This document shows positions 30,631 through 39,910 of a DNA stretch of 47,975 nucleotides, piece after piece. Under the pieces are notes generated by a model that did no database searches, was not told where the DNA came from, and saw only the letters and a list, made by a program, of their open reading frames with translations. The stretch lies in sequence record SRR22947727_2028. The stretch is one strand, 5' to 3'. The first letter of the stretch is position 1. Each line of letters begins with the position of its first letter. The position numbers and the translations under genes were made by a program.

Positions 30631-32259
30631 ATGAAACGTGCCATCCTCGGCTCTTTTGCCAATTTGACCATGCCCGATTTGAACGTGATGAATGATGAAG
30701 GGTTGAGCGCGGCGCGGCTGCGCATCGAATTGCTTTCTGGTCTCACCGTGGCCCTGGCTCTCATTCCCGAAGCGGTGGCTTTTGCCTTCGTTGCTGGTGT
30801 TCACCCTTTGGTTGGGCTTTATGCTGCGTTTTTGGTAGGATTGATCACGGCGGTGATCGGGGGGCGCCCCGGGATGATTTCTGGTGCAACAGGGGCGCTG
30901 GCGGTTGTGATGGTCGCCCTAGTTGCACAGCATGGCGTTGAGTATCTGTTCGCCACGGTCGTGCTGATGGGAATTTTGCAAATCTTTGCCGGCGTCATGC
31001 AGTGGGGAAAATTTATCCGATTGGTGCCGCATCCGGTGATGTTGGGCTTTGTAAACGGATTGGCTATTGTTATTTTTCTTGCGCAGCTCACCCAGTTCAA
31101 AGTGCCAGGTACGATGGAAATTGGCGGGCATGGCGCTGTTGGTGGAGAGTGGTTAAGTGGAACGCCCTTGATCACCATGTTGGGTCTTGTGGCGCTTACG
31201 ATGGGTATTATTTACATCATGCCGCGCGTGACAAAAATTATTCCAGCGCCTTTAGCAGGCATTGGTATTGTCGCCGCTGTGGTGATTGGGTTCGGGTTGG
31301 ACGTGCCCAGAGTGGGCGATATGGCGTCCATCAAAGGTGGGCTTCCCAGCTTTCACTTTCCCCGAGTTGAACTGAGTTGGGAAACCTTTCAAATCATCTT
31401 GCCCTATTCAATCATTTTGGCCGCGATTGGTTTGATAGAAAGCCTTTTAACCCTTAATCTCGTGGGCGAAATGACCAATAAACGCGGCGGCGCCAGCCAA
31501 GAATGCGTTGCGCAAGGCGTAGCAAATACCGTGACCGGGTTCTTTGGCGGGATGGGGGGCTGCGCGATGATCGGGCAGTCAATGATCAATGTGCGCTCGG
31601 GTGGACGCACGCGGATCGCCGGGATCGCAGCGGCTTTATTCTTGCTGCTGTTTATTTTGGTGGGCTCTAGCATCATTGAAATGATTCCCTTGGCCGCGCT
31701 TGTCGGGGTGATGTTCATGGTGGTGATTGGAACCTTCGCGTGGAACTCGCTTACCATTTTGCGCCGCGTGCCTTTAACAGATGCCTTCGTTACGGTGTTG
31801 GTCACCATCGTGACGGTTCTGTCTGATCTCGCAGTTGCGGTGGTCGTTGGAGTGATTGTTTCGGCCTTGGCTTATGCGTGGAACAACGCGCGCCGGATCC
31901 ATGCTCATGAAGAGATCAATCAAGATGGCAGCAAATCCTACCGCATTCAGGGGCCTTTGTTTTTCGGTTCATCTGATGGGTTCGTCGAGTTATTCACACC
32001 AGATGAAGATCCTGATACGGTGGTTGTCGATTTTGCGGATAGTCGGGTGGTGGATCAATCGGCGCTTCAGGCGATCGAAGCCGTGGCAGCAAAATATGAG
32101 GGGGCTGGAAAACGCATTCAATTGCGTCATCTCAGCCGCGATTGCCACCGTTTGCTCAGCAAGGCTGGCCATCTGATGGTTGATAGCGAAGATGATCCAG
32201 ATTACGCGCTGGCGGTGAATTATTCTGTGCGTACCGGAATTTTGGAAAGCGGGCATTAA
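30631..32259 (+). CDS. SulP family inorganic anion transporter with STAS domain
   Basis: LSGLTVALALIPEAVAF, GRPGMISGATG, GGCAMIGQS, GPLFFGS...VDQSA; start set at ATG 30631. Confidence 0.95.
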   Translation: MKRAILGSFANLTMPDLNVMNDEGLSAARLRIELLSGLTVALALIPEAVAFAFVAGVHPLVGLYAAFLVGLITAVIGGRPGMISGATGALAVVMVALVAQHGVEYLFATVVLMGILQIFAGVMQWGKFIRLVPHPVMLGFVNGLAIVIFLAQLTQFKVPGTMEIGGHGAVGGEWLSGTPLITMLGLVALTMGIIYIMPRVTKIIPAPLAGIGIVAAVVIGFGLDVPRVGDMASIKGGLPSFHFPRVELSWETFQIILPYSIILAAIGLIESLLTLNLVGEMTNKRGGASQECVAQGVANTVTGFFGGMGGCAMIGQSMINVRSGGRTRIAGIAAALFLLLFILVGSSIIEMIPLAALVGVMFMVVIGTFAWNSLTILRRVPLTDAFVTVLVTIVTVLSDLAVAVVVGVIVSALAYAWNNARRIHAHEEINQDGSKSYRIQGPLFFGSSDGFVELFTPDEDPDTVVVDFADSRVVDQSALQAIEAVAAKYEGAGKRIQLRHLSRDCHRLLSKAGHLMVDSEDDPDYALAVNYSVRTGILESGH

Positions 32260-32383
32260 GACCTTTGCTGGTTGCTCTGTCCCTTCTGCGTAAAACGCGG
32301 TTTATACGTCGATGATGCAAAACGGTCAGGGCGAGGCAGGCGCGATCAAACCTTGAAAGCCGATCTGTGGAGCTGAGAAAATT

Positions 32384-32962
32384 ATGGCGAAACTTTATTT
32401 TCATTATTCTACGATGAATGCAGGAAAATCGACCTTACTGTTACAAGCAGCGCATAACTATCACGAACGAGGGATGAAGACCTATTTGTTGACGGCGCAG
32501 TTTGACCGCCGTGCGGGTGAGGGAAAAATTGCATCGCGGATCGGAGTAGAAAAAGCCGCTGACACATTTGCAACTGGTGAGAATTTATATCAAAAAATTC
32601 AGCGCCGCCTGTCAGACCGTTCCTGCGATTGTATCTTCATCGATGAAGCGCAGTTCCTCGAGCACGGCCAGGTTTGGCAATTGGCACAGGCGGTAGATGA
32701 TTTGAAAGTTCCGGTCATGTGTTATGGCTTGCGGGTTGATTTTCAGGGCCAACTGTTTCCCGGCTCGGCAGCTCTTTTGGCGCTTGCGGATGAAATGCGA
32801 GAAATTAGAACCATCTGTCATTGCGGGAAAAAAGCGACGATGGTGATCCGGCAAGATGAGACGGGTCAGGTGATAACGCAAGGCGCACAGGTGCAAATTG
32901 GCGGTAATGAAACCTATGTGTCTCTCTGCCGCCGCCATTGGCGCGAAGCAACCGGGTCGTGA
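32384..32962 (+). CDS. tdk: Thymidine kinase
   Basis: MAKLYFHYSTMNAGKST, IDEAQF, YGLRVDF, CHCG, YVSLCRRH. Confidence 0.97.
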   Translation: MAKLYFHYSTMNAGKSTLLLQAAHNYHERGMKTYLLTAQFDRRAGEGKIASRIGVEKAADTFATGENLYQKIQRRLSDRSCDCIFIDEAQFLEHGQVWQLAQAVDDLKVPVMCYGLRVDFQGQLFPGSAALLALADEMREIRTICHCGKKATMVIRQDETGQVITQGAQVQIGGNETYVSLCRRHWREATGS

Positions 32963-33054
32963 ATTCACTTTTGAAACTGCACCCTTCCAAAAGTGGCCGC
33001 GTTGATTTTAAAGTTTAGCAAAGGCATGAACTTCAAGCGTTCAGCGTTCTAAGG

Positions 33055-33451
33055 CTATGACTTTTCAAGTTTCTCGAGCTCATCTTCGGTCACCAGAATA
33101 CGCAATTTCTGAACGGTATTGTCATTGTCGCCGACACCCAGCGCATGAACAAATCGAGATTGGCTGAGCCCCAAACGTTCTCTCGCGTTTTGATTTCTTC
33201 AATTGTCGCATCACCCTTTTTTTTATATTGTTCACGACGGTTTTGGCAACTGAATGATCATCACACCAGCCGCTGGGATCTGGCATAAGTGCAAGCCAGT
33301 ACTGCGCGGCTTGAATGTCTTTTAACTCAGGTGCCTCGCTAAAAGTTCTGAACTGTTTTAGTGAATCTATAGCTTCGTCGTGATAAATAACTGAGGGTAT
33401 ATTTCCGATTTCTGGCATTACGATTGCTAACGGCATTGTCATTTCTTGCAT
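33055..33451 (-). pseudogene. Frameshifted XRE-family HTH protein remnant
   Basis: An alternative frame from 33189 reads NARERLGLSQSRFVHALGV...TV to TAG 33057-33055, and the third frame supplies the preceding ATIEEIK. Shifts map to A8 (33224-33217) and A4 (33191-33188). Confidence 0.55.
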
Positions 33452-33652
33452 AAAATAATGTAGCCTGGAACCTCATCCCTCATATGAATGGTGGGGCTTT
33501 TAACCCCACTTCTCTCGTGATCCTTGCAAGGCGTCGCGCCGTATATATTTTGCACGGGTTTCCATTGCCTTAGGGCAAGTTTATCGGATGAATGAATCCT
33601 GCAGACCAAATTAGATTGGAAAAACTTGGCTCAAGCCTACACTCTTTATGGG

Positions 33653-33678
33653 CTTATTGCGCTGCCTTGCGCAATAAG
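33653..33678 (-). terminator. Stem-loop downstream of hpsN
   Basis: Perfect 10-bp stem CTTATTGCGC / GCGCAATAAG with 6-nt loop; no clear U-tract. Confidence 0.45.
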
Positions 33679-33696
33679 AGCCCCGTCGCACAGGGG

Positions 33697-35010
33697 TTAA
33701 ATATCGTCTGCGGCCGTTAAATCGAAATTCTCATTTGGGAAATACTTTCTGAGGCGAATATCAGCCGTGCGCGCATGCCCTTCCATACCCTCAAGTCGGG
33801 AAATTCGCGCTGTGGCCTCAGCAACGGGCTTGGACCCTTCGCGCGTTGCACGCTGCCAAGTGACGATTTTCATATATTTATGAACGCTTAATCCACCCGT
33901 ATAGCTTGCGGCACCGGATGTGGGCAAAACGTGGTTTGTGCCCGATGCTTTATCCCCAAAGGCAACCGTGGTTTCTTCGCCCAAGAACAGCGAGCCATAA
34001 CAGCTTAGGCGACTGAGCCACCAATCGAGATCTTGCGCTTGGACTGTCAGGTGCTCGGGTGCATAGGCATCCGATGTGGCGGCCATTTCTTCTCGGGTAT
34101 CGCAGAGTACAATTTCCGCATAATCGCGCCAAGCGGCGTAGGCATTATCGCGGTTAAGCTCTGGGAGATCCTCGATCAGGGCGGGCACCAACAGCATTAC
34201 CTTTTCGGCCAGCGCGCGATCATCGGTCACCAGCCAAACAGGGGAATTATAGCCATGCTCGGCCTGGCCGACAAGGTCAGCTGCAACAATATCTGCATCT
34301 GCATGCGCGTCAGCCAGAATCAGACTATCGGTTGGGCCTGCGATCATATCAATCCCAATGCGGCCAAAAAGCATACGTTTGGCTTCGGCAACGAATTGGT
34401 TTCCTGGCCCAACAAGAATATTAGCTTTGGGCAGCCCAAATAGCCCAAACGTCATCGCGGCAACGCCTTGCACGCCGCCCATGGCCAAAATTTTATCCGC
34501 ACCCGAAATATGCGCGGCGTATATGATTGCGGGGGCAACGCCTATATCGGGCCGGGGTGGAGAGCAGGCAATAATGTTTTTACAGCCTGCGACTTTGGCT
34601 GTGGTCACCGTCATGATGGCGCTGGCAACATGGCTGTAGCGGCCCCCGGGGATATAGCAGCCGGCGGCGTTCACCGGGATCGCTTTTTGTCCTGCGATTA
34701 CTCCGGGCACAACCTCTGTTTCAAAATCTGCGACGGTTGATTTTTGGACTTCCGCAAATTTTTTAACATTGGCATGCGCAAATTCAATATCGCGCTTCAT
34801 CTTATCAGGCACCAGGGCCGAAGCCGTCTTAATCGCCTCTGCTGATAACAGTATAGCACCTTGATAATTGTCAAATTTTGCGGCGTATTCTAAAGCTTTT
34901 TCATCACCACCCGCCTCAATCTCGTCTAAAATTTTGCCGACAATGTCGCGCGTTTCCCCGGCATCGCTTCGAGAATGAAGAGGAGCTTTCTTAAGATATT
35001 CGACGGTCAT
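33697..35010 (-). CDS. hpsN: Sulfopropanediol (DHPS) 3-dehydrogenase, histidinol dehydrogenase family
   Basis: HisD fold with HpsN-clade words MTVEYLKKA, PGGRYSHVASA, AGPTDS, QAEHGYNSP, GDKASGTNHVLPT and RLEGMEGH, matching my recollection of Roseobacter HpsN; no his genes nearby. Confidence 0.82.
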   Translation of the reverse strand: MTVEYLKKAPLHSRSDAGETRDIVGKILDEIEAGGDEKALEYAAKFDNYQGAILLSAEAIKTASALVPDKMKRDIEFAHANVKKFAEVQKSTVADFETEVVPGVIAGQKAIPVNAAGCYIPGGRYSHVASAIMTVTTAKVAGCKNIIACSPPRPDIGVAPAIIYAAHISGADKILAMGGVQGVAAMTFGLFGLPKANILVGPGNQFVAEAKRMLFGRIGIDMIAGPTDSLILADAHADADIVAADLVGQAEHGYNSPVWLVTDDRALAEKVMLLVPALIEDLPELNRDNAYAAWRDYAEIVLCDTREEMAATSDAYAPEHLTVQAQDLDWWLSRLSCYGSLFLGEETTVAFGDKASGTNHVLPTSGAASYTGGLSVHKYMKIVTWQRATREGSKPVAEATARISRLEGMEGHARTADIRLRKYFPNENFDLTAADDI

Positions 35011-36080
35011 TATTCTGCTCCTATCGCTGCATCCTCGTGCGCAGCGCCTGATTTGTTATGTTGAATTGATTTGTAAAAGGCGAGGCCGATTAGAAACACG
35101 CCGATCCCGCCGGTTAATACTTCCGGGACGTGAACCAGGGATTGAAGAAACATGATCACCGATAGGGCAAAAATAGAATAAAACGCCCCATGTTCCAAAT
35201 ATCGGAATTCCGCTAAGGTTTTGCGCTCTAAAAGCATAATCGTCATCGATCGCACATACATAGCTCCAATGCCCAACCCTATCGCGATTAAAAGAATATT
35301 TGTTGTCAACGCAAAGGCTCCGATCACGCCGTCAAATGAGAAGCTGGCATCCAAAACCTCAAGATATAAGAACGCGCCCAATCCACCGCGTGCACCAATG
35401 GCGGCGGTGTTGCTGGCAACATTGTCGAGATAAGCGCCCAATCCATCGACAAGCATGAAGACCAATAATCCCATTATTGCCGACATTAAGAAGGCTGCAT
35501 GTTTATATTCTGGCAAAAATTGGCAAATCGCGATGATGATAATCAAAACGAAGGTGATCTCTAGTCCTCGGATTGATGCCACGCGCCGAAGCCGCGTTTC
35601 AAGCCCCACGATCCAATCGACCGATTTGTCTTCATCCACGAAGAATTTCAACGCAACCATCATCAAAAAAGTACCGCCAAAAGCAGATATTGGACCATGC
35701 GCTTGTTCAATGATATGCGAATATTTCTCTGGGTCGGCCAAGGCCAAATGGATTGCAGCGAAAGGGTTGATCCAGGCGAAAATAGCCACGATCGCCAAGG
35801 GAAAGATTATCCGCATGCCAAAAACCGCGATTAAAATTCCCCAAGTTAGGAAACGCTGCTGCCAAATCGGGGTCATCTCTTCAAGTTTGTTGGCATTCAC
35901 GATCGCGTTGTCAAAAGACAAGGCGATTTCCAGTGTTGCCAGGATCGCGCCCACAAGCAGAAATCCAAACACACCCGAAAGCGTTCCGGTGGTTGCCCAG
36001 CCGAGCCACCCCGATAGGCCTAAGCCAATGACGGTTACGATCAAAGGCCACTTTTGATAGGATAAGGTTGACCGGCTCAT
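35010..36080 (-). CDS. DUF475 (TerC-like, YkoY) integral membrane protein
   Basis: LEIALSFDNAIVNA, GILIAVFGMR, FLYLEVLDASFSFDGVIGAFA, LEHGA; TAATG overlap with hpsN; start set at ATG 36080. Confidence 0.88.
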   Translation of the reverse strand: MSRSTLSYQKWPLIVTVIGLGLSGWLGWATTGTLSGVFGFLLVGAILATLEIALSFDNAIVNANKLEEMTPIWQQRFLTWGILIAVFGMRIIFPLAIVAIFAWINPFAAIHLALADPEKYSHIIEQAHGPISAFGGTFLMMVALKFFVDEDKSVDWIVGLETRLRRVASIRGLEITFVLIIIIAICQFLPEYKHAAFLMSAIMGLLVFMLVDGLGAYLDNVASNTAAIGARGGLGAFLYLEVLDASFSFDGVIGAFALTTNILLIAIGLGIGAMYVRSMTIMLLERKTLAEFRYLEHGAFYSIFALSVIMFLQSLVHVPEVLTGGIGVFLIGLAFYKSIQHNKSGAAHEDAAIGAE

Positions 36081-36088
36081 CTCTGTAC

Positions 36089-38551
36089 CTATTGTCCGAA
36101 TACTTGGTTGGGAAGCCACAGAACGATTTGTGGGAAAATGAGAATGAGGATCAATCCGATAAGTTGGATCACCATAAATTGCATCATACCCAGATAGATA
36201 TCTTTCAAATCCCAATTTGGAACCACGCCCTTAAGGAAATAAGCGGATAAGGCCACTGGCGGCGATAACCAAGCGGTTTGTAAATTGACCGCAACCAGAA
36301 TTCCAAACCACACCATCAGATCGTAGCGATCAAGGCCGTGAAGTTCAAGCTTCTCCACGGTTGGCAGCAAAACCGGAACGACGATCAATACGATCGGCAC
36401 CCATTCCAATGGCCATCCCAAAAGGAAAATTAGCGACATCACCAGGATCAAGATCAAATAGGGTGACATGTCTAACCCCAGCAACATCTCGGTCATCATT
36501 TTTGGAGTGCCAAGCGATGAAAACTCTGCGCCAAAAAAGTTTGAGGCAGCCACTAAGAACATGATCAATACGGTGATTTCAAGCGATTTGATAAGATTGT
36601 CAAAAAAGCCTGAAAACGTGAATTTGCGGTAAATCAGTGATAATAGAATGGCGCCAAATGCGCCCATTGCAGCGGCTTCAGCCGGGGTTGCAAACCCAAG
36701 AAGAATAGAGCCCAATGCGAAAGAGATCAAAATTGTTGGAGGCATCAGGCCTGCGAAAAATTCGTCCCAAAGCTCTGAGAATTTAAACCTTGTATCGGCA
36801 TCGCTGCGATAGATTGGCATGGCCAGAGCCGCGAGCAGAACGATGAAAGCCAGTAACACAAGCGAAACCCATGGAAGGCCGTCCCCCCAATTCGCCGCAA
36901 CCATATAGGTGTGGAATAAAACCGTTATTGGCAACGCGATGCGCAGTACATTCAGATGGCGATAGGCCCGGTAGGTCAACACCATTACGCAGCCTAGAAT
37001 AATCAAGCCACCAAATGGCAGAAGGCCGCCAAACGCACCTGCGAGGCCAAGTCCAAAAACTCGGCAAATGGTCAGAACGCCCATTGAAATAAGCGCTATT
37101 TCTGCTCCATAAAAATCAGAGGTTTTGGGTTGTGCCTCTTCGGATAATACAGGGCCTAACTCAGGGTTGAGCCAGCACCGTCCCAACGTGTAGAGCAGGT
37201 ATAGCGTTGCCAAAACAGCACCTGGAATGAACGCCCCGCGGAATAAATCGAGCGTTGAAACCTCAAGCACTGGCCCCATCACAATCAGCATAATCGAGGG
37301 CGGTATTAAAATGCCCAATGTGCCGCCTGCCGTGATGGTCCCTGCTGCCAGCTGTACATTGTAACCAGAGCGGTTCATTGTCGCGCCTGCCATGATCCCA
37401 AGAAGAGTCACAGAGGCGCCCACGATCCCTGTAGCTGCAGCAAAGATCGTGGAAACGATCAGTACCGCGATGTAAAGCGATCCGCGGACCCGCGCCATGA
37501 TCATCTGGATGGATGTGAACAATCGTTCCATTAAGCCGGCGGCTTCCATTACGATCCCCATCAGGATGAAAAGTGGCACTGCCATTAACTGATCGTTTAA
37601 CATTGTTGAATTTGTATTCAGCGTCATTAGCAGCGTGGTGAGCTTAAAGTTTGATCCCCAAATGCCAAATACAAAAGCTAAGAAAATTAGCGTGAATGAA
37701 ATCGGGAAACCGATGAAGATCACGAAAATCATCGCAGCAAGCATGATCAAACCGATGGTTGGTTTCGACAAGCTAGGGCGGACTGACATGATATCGGTAA
37801 ACCAGCCTCCGCCCGGGGTTGCCTCTGGGATAAACACGGCCATTGTTAGCCAAATCAAGGCGAGTATATAAAAGGGCAGGGCTTGGACAAATCGACGTTC
37901 GCGTTCTTTTCCCATTTTGTGGAAGGCTCTGAACAATTCGGGAATACCTTGCAAGGTAAGCAGCAAACCACCGACAGGCATGGCCAGGCGCGCTGGCCAA
38001 AGAAGGGGCTCCCATGGGCTATCAAACGCGGTTTCACCCGTACGGTAGGCCAATTCCCAATATTGCGCCGCGATGATGGTGAAAAAGATCATAGATGGGA
38101 TGAAAAACGCCATATAAAGAAAGGCATCAACGGTTGCTTGGGTTTTTTCAGTCCAATTGCGATAAAGAAAATCGGCACGGATATGCACGCCCCGCATTAG
38201 GCCGTAGCCGGCGGCGCCCATAAACAGCACACCCGCGATCATACGGCTGATATCATACGCAAAGAGCGTGGGCCCAAGCCCGAGCGCGCGCGCCGTGTCA
38301 TCCCAGCCATAACTGGCCATAATGCCAAAGGCATTGCGCGAAATCACTTCGAAAACAACCACCCCGATTAACGGAACCATTAAAAGGCATAGCAGCTTGC
38401 CGGCCCAATCATTTAACAGATCGATAAACCCTGTGATCGGGCGTTGCCAGGGCGTCATATCTTCGGGCGTTTCTCCTGGGCGCTCTGTGCGGCGCTCTGC
38501 GATCAACTCATCTGCTATCTCTAGCTCTTCGGGTGCAATCTCTTCAGCCAC
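36089..38551 (-). CDS. TRAP transporter fused small/large permease (DctQ-DctM)
   Basis: DctQ part (HIRADFLY, ETAFDSPWEP) then DctM part (AVPLFILMG, GGTLGILIPPS, ATPAEAAAMG, NLQTAWLSPP); GTG 38551 behind GGGAGA taken as the start. Confidence 0.9.
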   Translation of the reverse strand: MAEEIAPEELEIADELIAERRTERPGETPEDMTPWQRPITGFIDLLNDWAGKLLCLLMVPLIGVVVFEVISRNAFGIMASYGWDDTARALGLGPTLFAYDISRMIAGVLFMGAAGYGLMRGVHIRADFLYRNWTEKTQATVDAFLYMAFFIPSMIFFTIIAAQYWELAYRTGETAFDSPWEPLLWPARLAMPVGGLLLTLQGIPELFRAFHKMGKERERRFVQALPFYILALIWLTMAVFIPEATPGGGWFTDIMSVRPSLSKPTIGLIMLAAMIFVIFIGFPISFTLIFLAFVFGIWGSNFKLTTLLMTLNTNSTMLNDQLMAVPLFILMGIVMEAAGLMERLFTSIQMIMARVRGSLYIAVLIVSTIFAAATGIVGASVTLLGIMAGATMNRSGYNVQLAAGTITAGGTLGILIPPSIMLIVMGPVLEVSTLDLFRGAFIPGAVLATLYLLYTLGRCWLNPELGPVLSEEAQPKTSDFYGAEIALISMGVLTICRVFGLGLAGAFGGLLPFGGLIILGCVMVLTYRAYRHLNVLRIALPITVLFHTYMVAANWGDGLPWVSLVLLAFIVLLAALAMPIYRSDADTRFKFSELWDEFFAGLMPPTILISFALGSILLGFATPAEAAAMGAFGAILLSLIYRKFTFSGFFDNLIKSLEITVLIMFLVAASNFFGAEFSSLGTPKMMTEMLLGLDMSPYLILILVMSLIFLLGWPLEWVPIVLIVVPVLLPTVEKLELHGLDRYDLMVWFGILVAVNLQTAWLSPPVALSAYFLKGVVPNWDLKDIYLGMMQFMVIQLIGLILILIFPQIVLWLPNQVFGQ

Positions 38552-38598
38552 GCCCGTTCTCCCTTTCTGTGCGGTCCTTTTTGTTAAAGGAGCCTTCA

Positions 38599-38661
38599 TT
38601 TTTGGAAAAACCTTTGGGTTTTACCAAAAATGAAAGTCGGGGCCCCGAAGGGCCCCGTTTC
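38599..38661 (-). terminator. Tandem intercistronic hairpins between dctP and dctQM
   Basis: CGGGGCCC-TTCG-GGGCCCCG (38657-38638, C(UUCG)G loop) followed by ACTTTCATTTTT, and a second stem at about 38630-38599. Confidence 0.7.
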
Positions 38662-38674
38662 GTGTATTTAGGGA

Positions 38675-39769
38675 TTACTTCAGCGTATCTGCATGCGCTT
38701 TGCCTAAGCTGGCATTTGACGCCTGTGCACCCGCCCAGAACGGCACAGCCACATCGGCGAAATCTTTTTGAGATTGCCAAACTTCTGCAAAGAATTCGTT
38801 TTCAGCTGATGCTTCTTCAAGAAGCTTCTTGGCTGCTGCCATATACTCGGTGAAGTAATCGGCTGGTGTATCTTCTAAAATGACACCATGATTTTCGGTC
38901 AAATCTTTGAGCGCCTGTCCGTTCGAGTAAATACGATAAGACTGAGCTTTCGACAAAGAGGCATTCGCTGCAACTTCAATCGCTTTTTTCTCGGTTGCTG
39001 ATAGCCCGTCATAGACGTCGCCATTGAGGTAAAGGTCCGCATTTACAACAACCTGATGAAGGCCTTGCAGATAGTAATGCTTTAACACTTTTTGGAACCC
39101 AAAAACTGAGTCCGGCTTCGGGCAGCACCATTCAGCCGCGTCAATAGCGCCTTTTTCAAGTGCCGGAAGAATGTCGCCTCCCCCCATCGCAACGGCGGCA
39201 ACGCCGATCTCGTTATAGGCTGCGCCTACCATTCCGGGAGGAGCCCGGAAGCGCAGTTTACGGAAATCATCCATCGTCGCAATTTTTTCGGGGAACCAAC
39301 CCAGAGCTTCAGGGCCAACAGGTTGCAGCATAAAGCCTTTTACATTGACGCCCATTTCATCCCACAGGCGATCATACAATTCACGGCCACCACCATATTG
39401 GAACCAGGATAGGAATGACATTGCGTCAAGACCAACACCGGCTCCGGCAATGGGCGCGCCAAACAGGTTAGCGGCCGGATGCTTTCCGCCCCAATAATGG
39501 GTCCAAGCAAAGCCACCTTCCACCAAGCCGGCATCTACGGCATCCATAATGTCGCGTGGGCCAACAACTGCGCCCGCAGGCAAGATTTCGATCTTGACCG
39601 ATCCGGCTGTCAGGTCTTCCACATCATCTGCAAAGCTTTGCAGCATGTAGACTTCGTCAGTTGAGTTTCCAAGCACGGATTGGATCCGGATAGTGGTCTC
39701 AGCAAATGCTGCTGATGCCATTAGCGTAAGGGCTGCTGTCCCCACGCTTAGAGTTTTAAGATTAAACAT
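38675..39769 (-). CDS. TRAP transporter substrate-binding protein DctP
   Basis: Signal peptide, IEILPAGAVV, LGWF, FRAP, GGDILPALEKGAIDAAEW; GGGAGG RBS. Confidence 0.92.
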   Translation of the reverse strand: MFNLKTLSVGTAALTLMASAAFAETTIRIQSVLGNSTDEVYMLQSFADDVEDLTAGSVKIEILPAGAVVGPRDIMDAVDAGLVEGGFAWTHYWGGKHPAANLFGAPIAGAGVGLDAMSFLSWFQYGGGRELYDRLWDEMGVNVKGFMLQPVGPEALGWFPEKIATMDDFRKLRFRAPPGMVGAAYNEIGVAAVAMGGGDILPALEKGAIDAAEWCCPKPDSVFGFQKVLKHYYLQGLHQVVVNADLYLNGDVYDGLSATEKKAIEVAANASLSKAQSYRIYSNGQALKDLTENHGVILEDTPADYFTEYMAAAKKLLEEASAENEFFAEVWQSQKDFADVAVPFWAGAQASNASLGKAHADTLK

Positions 39770-39910
39770 CAATTTTCCTCCCTTGATGATGTTTCCCTCA
39801 TATCATTATTTATCGCTGCCATGGCCGAGGGGATTGTCCCGACAGAAATTGAAAGTGGGTTTTGTTCATGATTGCCATGATATCCACTTTGTGAAGCGGG
39901 GTTGCAAAAG

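Noticed and set aside
33697-35010. Annotation as biosynthetic hisD
   Set aside because: Motifs (YSHVASA, GPTDS, GDKASG) and catabolic context fit the HpsN clade better, and no his genes are adjacent
36081-36215. N-terminal extension of the DUF475 ORF
   Set aside because: Lies in an alternate frame of the dctM 3' end; ATG 36080 follows the dctM stop
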